DNA of 44,548 nucleotides from Candidatus Eiseniibacteriota bacterium (GTDB lineage: Bacteria; Eisenbacteria; RBG-16-71-46), in NCBI GenBank assembly GCA_031364845.1, contig JANLWX010000228.1, forward strand, positions 1-44,548, given 5' to 3'. The notes beneath the pieces are model-generated. The model did not search any database and had not been told where the DNA came from. It worked only from the letters and a program-made list of their open reading frames with translations. Numbering within the stretch: the stretch's first letter is position 1; each line of letters starts with the position of its first letter. Shown in pieces: positions 7,477 through 14,003 of this stretch. The position numbers and the translations under genes were made by a program.

Positions 7477-9528
7477 TCACTGACTGCCGCCGAACAGCGG
7501 CGCGAGGATGCCGAGTCCCATCTTGCGGAGCCGCGCTTCGCGCACATCGCTCTCGCGCGTCTCGACCTTCTGCACGAGCTCCTGGACCTTGCGGATGTAG
7601 CGGCTCACTTCCCCGTACGCCGGAATGGTTTCGTAGCGCTCGAGCGCCTGACGGCAATCCTCGCGCACACGCTCGAGATACTTGTCCTCCTGCGGAATGC
7701 CGCGGTAGTCGGCCGCGCGCGACCAGGCCTTCTCGGCGCGCAAACGGTAACCGTCACCGAGCAGCGCGACGTCGCGGTTGCCGAACGCGTATCCGTTCTC
7801 CTCGGCGATGCCCAGCGCATCCCGCGCGGCTTCGGGATCTTCGAGGCCGTAGACATACGTGCGCGCCAGGCCGAGTTGCGGATCGCTCCAGCGCGGGCGC
7901 AGGCTCGCAGCTTCTTCGAATGCGCTGGTGGCCTCGTTGAAGTAGCGCAGCGCATCCGCCGGACGGCGGCCCTTCGCGGCCTGCGCGTTGATGCGAGCGA
8001 GATGTCCGCGGCAGTAGACGAGTCGCGCGCGGATCGCGCGATCGCGCGGCGCGATCGACGCCGCGTGTTCGAGCAGGCCGATCGCCTTGATCCATCCGTT
8101 CTCGCGAATCACCGGCGTGTCGGAACGGTAGTCCGCGATCAGCTCGTCGGCCGAGGACACGAACCAGTTCTTCACGTCGCCCGACAGCCCGAGTGTGCCG
8201 ACGCGCAGGAAGCTGCGTGATCCGAGCTGGCGATAGCGTTTCCAGACCGCATCCGAATCCCCGCGCGGCAGTCCGGGCAGTGCGGCCTTCAACTCGTTCG
8301 AAGCGCTCATCACCTGTGCTTCGTTGGACATCAGAAAGACCGCGGCGAACACCGCCAGCAGTCGCCAGCGAAATCGAAACCTCCGTCGCGGGACGGAGAC
8401 GTCGGGAGTGGCGGCCGGCGCAGCGGCAACCGGAGCCGCCGAAGTCGCGACCGGCGCAGGCAGTGTGATGTCGGCGGCGCCATTTCCGGCGCCGGCCCCC
8501 AGCGTGCGCCGAGTGTCGTCGAGATCCGCTGCCGCTCCGCTATCCGAAGACACGGTCCGCCGCGTTGCGTCCGATTCCGAAACCGTGCGCCGCGTCCCGT
8601 CGAGATCGTGAACGCCGTTCGAGGACGGCGCGGTACGGCGTGTCGCTTCGTAGCCCGCGGCGGAACCGGCGTCGGCCGACGCCAGCATCGCGCGTCCCTC
8701 GAGGAACGCGGCAAGATCGTCGCGCATCGCCGCGGCACTTGCGTAGCGCCGTTCGAGCGCGGGCGCGAGCGCCTTGCGCAACGCCGCGGCCAGCGACTCC
8801 GGGCAGTTCTCGGGCATCGCGTCGGGACGCGCGCGCGAGCGGATGAACTCTTCGAGCCGGCGCGTGCTCTCGCCGCGGAACGGCTGCTGGCCCGTGAGCG
8901 TTTCGTAGAGCACCACCGAAACCGACCACAGGTCGGAATGCGCATCGACATTGCCGGTTTCGATGCGCTCGGGCGACGAGTAGGGCAGGCTGCCGAATTC
9001 GTTGCGCGTGAGCGGCCGCGTGAGCGACAGCGCCTTGGCGATCCCGAAGTCGAGCACCTTCACCGCGCCCCCCGGCTCGATCCGCACGTTCTTGGGCTTG
9101 AGATCGCCGTGCACGATCCCGAGATGGGTGCGCCCCTCGACGGTGCGCGTGAAGCGTTGCGCGGTGCACAGCAGTCCGCACAGCTCGATCGCGATCCGCA
9201 CCGCCTCGCGCGGCTCGAGCGGCCCGCGGCGGATGCGGTCGGACAGGTCCTCGCCCGCGACGTACTCCATCGCGATGTACATGTCGTTCTCGACGCTCTC
9301 TTCGATCTCGAACACCTTCGGAACCCGCGGGTCGATCTCCGACAGACGCATCTGGATCAGCGCGCCTTCGCGCTCGGCCTCGCGCACGCCGGGGTCGGTC
9401 TTCGGAATCTTGAGCGCCACCGTGCGGCCATTGCGGCTGTCGACCGCCTTGAGCACGTCCGCCATGCCGCCGCTGCCGAGGCGCGAGAGAACCTCGAACG
9501 GTCCGACGCTGTGATAGCGGACGCTCAT
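7477..9528 (-). CDS. Hanks-type Ser/Thr protein kinase (non-RD), membrane-anchored, TPR-like C-terminal domain
   Basis: LGSGGMADV Gly-loop, VALK, HGDLKPKN, DFG, YSSPE, SDLWS. Then a linker with TRRT repeats, a short hydrophobic segment RWRLLAVFAAVFLM and helical Ala-rich repeats. ATG 9528 after AGGAG; 683 aa. Confidence 0.93.
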   Translation of the reverse strand: MSVRYHSVGPFEVLSRLGSGGMADVLKAVDSRNGRTVALKIPKTDPGVREAEREGALIQMRLSEIDPRVPKVFEIEESVENDMYIAMEYVAGEDLSDRIRRGPLEPREAVRIAIELCGLLCTAQRFTRTVEGRTHLGIVHGDLKPKNVRIEPGGAVKVLDFGIAKALSLTRPLTRNEFGSLPYSSPERIETGNVDAHSDLWSVSVVLYETLTGQQPFRGESTRRLEEFIRSRARPDAMPENCPESLAAALRKALAPALERRYASAAAMRDDLAAFLEGRAMLASADAGSAAGYEATRRTAPSSNGVHDLDGTRRTVSESDATRRTVSSDSGAAADLDDTRRTLGAGAGNGAADITLPAPVATSAAPVAAAPAATPDVSVPRRRFRFRWRLLAVFAAVFLMSNEAQVMSASNELKAALPGLPRGDSDAVWKRYRQLGSRSFLRVGTLGLSGDVKNWFVSSADELIADYRSDTPVIRENGWIKAIGLLEHAASIAPRDRAIRARLVYCRGHLARINAQAAKGRRPADALRYFNEATSAFEEAASLRPRWSDPQLGLARTYVYGLEDPEAARDALGIAEENGYAFGNRDVALLGDGYRLRAEKAWSRAADYRGIPQEDKYLERVREDCRQALERYETIPAYGEVSRYIRKVQELVQKVETRESDVREARLRKMGLGILAPLFGGSQ

Positions 9529-9587
9529 CGGCGCTCCTGCGCGCGGGCGACGCCCGTACTCCACGAGCGTGTGCGGGTCGCGGTCAT
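9525..9587 (-). CDS. Putative 20-aa micro-ORF MTATRTRSWSTGVARAQERR bridging the phosphatase and kinase genes
   Basis: Its ATG overlaps the PP2C stop (ATGA 9587-9584) and has GGGAG 6 nt upstream. Its TGA overlaps the kinase ATG (ATGA 9528-9525). Confidence 0.35.
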   Translation of the reverse strand: MTATRTRSWSTGVARAQERR

Positions 9588-11311
9588 CGTCGGCTCCCGC
9601 GCGCCGAAGTTCCGAGCGCGCCCGAACCATTCGCGCGGCCCCACGCTTCGAAGATGTTGTCCTCGGCCAGCGCGGCCCGGATCGAGGGCGGAGCGCCCCG
9701 CACGCCTTCGGCTCCATTGCCTGCGATGACGTTGCCGACCAGCACCGGCGTGGCGTTGCCTTCCAGTTCGACGCCGGCCCGCGACCGGCGTGCGTTACGG
9801 CCGTTGTCGAGGATCAGGTTGTGTCCGAGGCGCGGCGACGCAGGCCGCGAGATCGTCACGCCGGCACCCGGGTTCTTCTGAATCAGGCTCGCGTTCAGGG
9901 ACGCATCTCCGCGACCCTGAAAGACCACGCCCGCGCTGCGCGCTCCGGAGATCTCCACGTCTTCGATCGCGACTCGCGCGTCGCGCACTCGAATACCGAT
10001 GTCGAGCGGACTGCTGTCGCCGGCCGCGATCTTGAATCCCACGATGCGTCCCGCCGAGAGGCCCTCCGCCACGATCGCCACCAGCGGTGCCGAGCCTTCA
10101 CCGCGCGGGATCAGCACGGCCTGGCGGGGAACGCGGCTCATCAGCGTCACACCGTCTTCGAGCCGCACCTGTTCGCGATAGGTGCCGGGCGCGACCGAGA
10201 CCGTGTCGCCGGAGCGCGCGGCCGAGAGCGCGTCGCCGATCGCTCCGAACTCGAGTCCCGGCCCCACCAGCAGCGCGCGCGGCGCGCGCGACGTCTGAAA
10301 CGCGGGACCGAGCGGGAGTCCGGTGCTGGCGGGATTGCGATCGATCAGCGTGAAGCCCCAGAACATCGCAACGCCCGCGAGCGCGCCGAACGCGAACACG
10401 TAGCCGGGTCGCGTGAACCACGGACGTTCGACGGCGTCGGCGTCTGCATTGACCGCGCGAGCGCGCGGTGCGGATGACGACTCGCGCCGCGCTCCGAGCG
10501 CCGTCGCGAAACGGTCGCCCGCCGCCAGCGCCACCGTGACGTTGTCCTTGCCCCCCGCCGCGTTCGCCGCCTCGATCAGCCTTTCGACCGCTTTAGGCTC
10601 GTCGCCCGCATTCTCGCGCACGATGCGCGCGATCGTCCCGCTCGAAACCAGATCCGTGAGCCCGTCGCTGCAAAGAAGAATCGCGCCCTCGGGATCGAAC
10701 GGGAAACGGCTCACCTCGACGAAGTCCTCATCGAGTGGCGTGTGCTCTTCAGCGCCCACCGAGCGGTAGACTTCGTTGCGGCGCGGGTGGCGCATCGCAT
10801 CGGCCTCGCTCAGCTCGCCCTGGTCCTCGCGCATGCCGACCGGCGAATGATCGCGTGTGACTTTCACGATGCCGTCCGCGCCGAGGCGGTAGAGACGCGA
10901 GTCGCCGACGTGCCCCACCGTGACCATGCCGTCCTCGATCACCGCGAGTGTGAGGACGCATCCCATGCCTTCGAGATCTGGGTTCAGGCTCGCGAGGCGC
11001 ACGATTTCGTTGTTGGCGACCGCGATCGCTTCGCGCACGCGCTCTTCGACGCGACCGGTCTGGCGCTCGAGGCGCGAGCGCAGAAACGTGAGCGCGGTCT
11101 CGGCCGCCGTCTCGCCCGCCGCCTGGCCGCCGATGCCATCGACCACGATCAGGATGCCGCGCTCGGGATCGACGTGAAGACGGTCTTCGTTGTGGTCGCG
11201 GATCATCCCGCGATGGGTGGCACCCGCGCAGTGGATCGTGGCGCGTCGCGAACCCGGTCGCGCGGCGATCAGCGTCGCCCCGCTGTCGTGCAGCCGGTCA
11301 GGAAGGGTCAT
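9584..11311 (-). CDS. PP2C/PPM Ser/Thr phosphatase (PstP/Stp1-like) with TM helix and extracytoplasmic right-handed beta-helix domain
   Basis: PPM motifs RDHNED, VVDGIGG, HVGDSR, LCSDGLTD, GGKDNVT. TM YVFAFGALAGVAMFWGFTLI, then GDTVSVAPGTYREQV and Asn-ladder turns typical of pectin-lyase-like beta-helices; 575 aa. Confidence 0.92.
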   Translation of the reverse strand: MTLPDRLHDSGATLIAARPGSRRATIHCAGATHRGMIRDHNEDRLHVDPERGILIVVDGIGGQAAGETAAETALTFLRSRLERQTGRVEERVREAIAVANNEIVRLASLNPDLEGMGCVLTLAVIEDGMVTVGHVGDSRLYRLGADGIVKVTRDHSPVGMREDQGELSEADAMRHPRRNEVYRSVGAEEHTPLDEDFVEVSRFPFDPEGAILLCSDGLTDLVSSGTIARIVRENAGDEPKAVERLIEAANAAGGKDNVTVALAAGDRFATALGARRESSSAPRARAVNADADAVERPWFTRPGYVFAFGALAGVAMFWGFTLIDRNPASTGLPLGPAFQTSRAPRALLVGPGLEFGAIGDALSAARSGDTVSVAPGTYREQVRLEDGVTLMSRVPRQAVLIPRGEGSAPLVAIVAEGLSAGRIVGFKIAAGDSSPLDIGIRVRDARVAIEDVEISGARSAGVVFQGRGDASLNASLIQKNPGAGVTISRPASPRLGHNLILDNGRNARRSRAGVELEGNATPVLVGNVIAGNGAEGVRGAPPSIRAALAEDNIFEAWGRANGSGALGTSARGSRR

Positions 11312-11396
11312 GTCGGAGCGACTTCCAGCAGATCCACCCGACCGCGGCGACGAGTGCCAGGAGGAACAGCCAGCGGAGCGAGAAGAGCAGGCTCAC
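11298..11396 (-). CDS. 32-aa single-TM membrane peptide MSLLFSLRWLFLLALVAAVGWICWKSLRHDPS (FhaB N-terminal anchor-like)
   Basis: GTG 11396 to TGA 11300-11298, below the ORF-track cutoff. It has a clean hydrophobic helix followed by KSLRHD, overlaps the PP2C start by 14 nt, and lies between the fhaA-like and pstP-like genes. Confidence 0.6.
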   Translation of the reverse strand: MSLLFSLRWLFLLALVAAVGWICWKSLRHDPS

Positions 11397-11449
11397 GCGA
11401 GGACCACATGCAGGCGATGGAAACCGCTCAAGCGGAGTCGTCCGTTCAT
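11393..11449 (-). CDS. Putative 18-aa micro-ORF MNGRLRLSGFHRLHVVLA
   Basis: Its ATG overlaps the FhaA-like stop (ATGA 11449-11446). Its TGA overlaps the GTG of the 32-aa peptide (GTGA 11396-11393). Confidence 0.25.
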   Translation of the reverse strand: MNGRLRLSGFHRLHVVLA

Positions 11450-12393
11450 ACCGGGATCTCGGCGCGGAAGCTGATGAAGACCGCGCCGGCCAATCCGATC
11501 TCGGCCTCGGACTTCAACGGCACCTCGAGGTTCCTGTCGACCTTCTCACCGTCGCGCACTTCGATGCTTGATGGGATCGCCGCTCCGTCGACCGTGGTGC
11601 CGAGCGTGCTGAGATCCTTGATGTAGAAACGGCGCTCGGGTTCGTCGTAGCGCAGCCGCAGATGATCGCGCGATACGTCGGGCACGGTCTTGAGTTTTAG
11701 ATCGACCCAGTAGCCGGGGCCGCCTCTTCCGACCACGACCTGCGGCTTCTCCATGCGAAACAGGTGATCGCCGTTCTCGTCGCGGTAGCGGAGTGTGGCG
11801 AGCGCGCCCAAGACCGGTTCGGCGGCGGGCGGCGGCGGAGCCTCGGCGTGCGGGGCACTCGAGTCGGGCATCGAAGGCACGGCCACAGGCCCGGTGCGCG
11901 CCGGGATCGCGGCGGGAGCCGGTACGGCCTGTGAGGCAGCGGGCGCTTCGTGGCTTTCGATGCGATCGCCCCGCCGCGTCGTGACGATGCGCCGCGTGCG
12001 GCTGCCGCTCAGGCTCTCGGACTCGGGCGTGACGAGCGTCGAGTCGACCAGGATGTCGCCAGGCGCCAGTTCGTCGTTGGGATCGGAGATCAGCCGGATC
12101 TCCCACGCCGAGCCGGCCCGTTCGTGCGGCAATCGCGGGCGCCGCAGCGCCTCGCGGACTTTGGCTTCGATCTGGCTCGCGCGGTTCAGCTTCTCGAGTT
12201 CCTCGTCGAGCGCGCGGCGCGCCTGGTCGGCGATCACTGCGGCGAGGCTCTCCAAGCGCTGGAAGTCGGCCGGATGCAGGTAGACGTCGTACGTGGCGGG
12301 CACGATCGTGGAATAGCGCAGTTCTTCACCCTGGCTGCGCATGTTCTCGACCACCTGGGCGATGATGTCGCGACCGCGAACTTTGTCTTCCAT
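11446..12393 (-). CDS. FhaA-like protein: DUF3662/FhaA_N domain, Pro/Ala linker, C-terminal FHA domain
   Basis: IVPATYDVYLHPADFQRL matches the FhaA N-domain pattern. FHA motifs VVGR, VSRDH, DLSTLGTTVDG. Start ATG 12393 preferred (315 aa); ATG 12468 is possible. Confidence 0.88.
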   Translation of the reverse strand: MEDKVRGRDIIAQVVENMRSQGEELRYSTIVPATYDVYLHPADFQRLESLAAVIADQARRALDEELEKLNRASQIEAKVREALRRPRLPHERAGSAWEIRLISDPNDELAPGDILVDSTLVTPESESLSGSRTRRIVTTRRGDRIESHEAPAASQAVPAPAAIPARTGPVAVPSMPDSSAPHAEAPPPPAAEPVLGALATLRYRDENGDHLFRMEKPQVVVGRGGPGYWVDLKLKTVPDVSRDHLRLRYDEPERRFYIKDLSTLGTTVDGAAIPSSIEVRDGEKVDRNLEVPLKSEAEIGLAGAVFISFRAEIPV

Positions 12394-12502
12394 GGCAGGC
12401 TGGACCCTGACCGCGCAGCGTGAAGTCGACCGACAGGCTGGAGTAGGCGAAGTACCCTGGGCGTCCATGATAAGCCCCGGGCCCGGCGTTTCCAGTCGAC
12501 TT

Positions 12503-12520
12503 CTGACGAGCGCTCGTCAG
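12503..12520. promoter_or_regulatory. Perfect 18-bp palindrome CTGACGAGCGCTCGTCAG; candidate operator
   Basis: Exact dyad in the divergent intergenic region upstream of the FHA/kinase operon. Confidence 0.4.
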
Positions 12521-12640
12521 TGGATACGGCGAACTCCGGGCACAAGTTTCCAACCGATGGCCCTTCATCGGGCTACGAGCAGCGAGCAGGCGCAAAGAAG
12601 ACATGTCCCTGACATTCAGAGAGGCCGATCGGTCGTCCGG

Positions 12641-12677
12641 CCGCGTGGCCACGCGGGATTCGTGCGTCTACAATCCC
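12641..12677 (+). promoter_or_regulatory. Putative sigma70 promoter TGGCCA-N17-TACAAT with a 16-bp perfect palindrome centred on -35
   Basis: -35 at 12646-12651 and -10 at 12669-12674. Dyad CCGCGTGGCCACGCGG at 12641-12656; about 60 nt upstream of ATG 12737. Confidence 0.45.
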
Positions 12678-12736
12678 GGCCGCAGACTTCGGCGCAGCCT
12701 CCCCTCCTTTCCCCCTCCAGCGAAAACGAGACAACG

Positions 12737-13879
12737 ATGTCCAAACCCGCCAAGAAACCACGAGTCCTGATTCTCGGTGCCGGCTTCGGCGGGCTCGAAC
12801 TGAGCAGCGCGCTGTCGGAGGAGATGGGCGACGACCTCGCGATCACGCTCATCGACAAAGCGGAGTGCTTCGTCTTCGGGTTCTCGAAGCTGGAGGTGAT
12901 GTTCGGCCACAAGACCGCGGCCGCGGTGAGCATTCCGTACGCGGGCATCATCAAGCCGGGGGTCACCTTCCGACGCGAGACCATCACGGCGATCGATCCT
13001 GCCGCCCGCCGCGTCACCACCGACGCCGCCACCCACGAGGCGGACATCCTGGTGATCGCGCTCGGTGCCGCGTACGACACCACACCCGGCGTGACCATCG
13101 GAGAGAACGAGTTCTACTCGGTCGAGGGCGCGGTGCGCCTGGGCGAAGTTCTGCCGGCCTTCACGAGCGGCCATGCCGTGGTCGGCGTGTGCGGCGCTCC
13201 CTACAAGTGCCCGCCCGCACCGAGCGAGTGCGCGCTGATGCTGCACCAGCACCTGCTGGAGCGCGGCGTCCGGGACGACTGCCGCATCTCGATCGTGATT
13301 CCGTTCCCGAGCCCGGTGCCGCCATCTCCTGAAACTTCGAGCGCCCTGATCGCGGCGTTCGCCGAACGGAACATCGAATACATTCCCGACCGCCGGGTCA
13401 CGTCGGTGGACACGTCGAACAGGATCGTGACGCTCGACGACGGACGCCGGCTTCCGTGCGACCTGTTCCTCGGCGTTCCGAAACATCGCGCGCCGGACGT
13501 GGTCATCGCGGCCGGGATGACCGAGAACGGATGGGTGACGGTCGAGCCGCGCACGCTTCAGACATCGTTACCTGGCGTCTACGCGCTTGGCGACGTGTCC
13601 AATACGGGCGCTCCGAAAGCCGGTGTGTTCGCCGAGGGCGCCGCGCGTACCGTCGCGGACAATCTGATCGCCCACTTTCGAGGACTGGAGCAGACCGGGC
13701 TCTATGCGGGGGCGGGATCGTGCTACATCGAGTTCGGAGCCAATCGGATCGGCCGCGTCGACGTGGACTTCTTCACAGGGCCCAAGCCGACCGGAACCTT
13801 CCACGAACCGAGCGTGGCACAGCGCGTCCACAAGCAGGAGTTTGCCGACACGCGGCGCGCCCGCTGGTTCGGCCATTAG
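12737..13879 (+). CDS. FAD-dependent oxidoreductase, sulfide:quinone oxidoreductase / flavocytochrome c sulfide dehydrogenase-like
   Basis: ILGAGFGG FAD motif, YKCPPAPSE (first redox Cys), VYALGD, PKAGVFAE, CYIEFG (second Cys). Start moved to ATG 12737; 380 aa. Confidence 0.85.
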   Translation: MSKPAKKPRVLILGAGFGGLELSSALSEEMGDDLAITLIDKAECFVFGFSKLEVMFGHKTAAAVSIPYAGIIKPGVTFRRETITAIDPAARRVTTDAATHEADILVIALGAAYDTTPGVTIGENEFYSVEGAVRLGEVLPAFTSGHAVVGVCGAPYKCPPAPSECALMLHQHLLERGVRDDCRISIVIPFPSPVPPSPETSSALIAAFAERNIEYIPDRRVTSVDTSNRIVTLDDGRRLPCDLFLGVPKHRAPDVVIAAGMTENGWVTVEPRTLQTSLPGVYALGDVSNTGAPKAGVFAEGAARTVADNLIAHFRGLEQTGLYAGAGSCYIEFGANRIGRVDVDFFTGPKPTGTFHEPSVAQRVHKQEFADTRRARWFGH

Positions 13880-13997
13880 GCGGGGCTGAGGACTTCGATT
13901 GCTGCGTTGGCTGCGTCGCTCTTCACTGCGACGTATCTGACGATACGTCTCGCTCATCGCTCCTTGCCGCCTTGCACTCGAAGCCCTCAGACCCGCC
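13879..13997. mobile_element. 119-bp MITE-like / intergenic hairpin element
   Basis: 24-bp terminal inverted repeats GGCGGGGCTGAGGACTTCGATTGC ... GCACTCGAAGCCCTCAGACCCGCC (21/24 complementary), a central perfect stem GACGTATC-TGAC-GATACGTC, and no ORF. Confidence 0.55.
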
Positions 13998-14003
13998 AGG
14001 CTT

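Noticed and set aside
3127..12393. Reading the FHA/PP2C/kinase genes as the T6SS PpkA-PppA-Fha module
   Set aside because: No T6SS structural genes in the window; the FHA proteins are FhaA-type and the linked effector is a SEDS-PBP.
12341..12736. Long N-terminal extensions in the ORF track (also ADH 2117, kinase 9717, 15568, 25365, 31047, 34476, 35645)
   Set aside because: Downstream starts have SD sequences, signal peptides or stop/start overlaps, and the extensions run through promoters or neighbouring genes.
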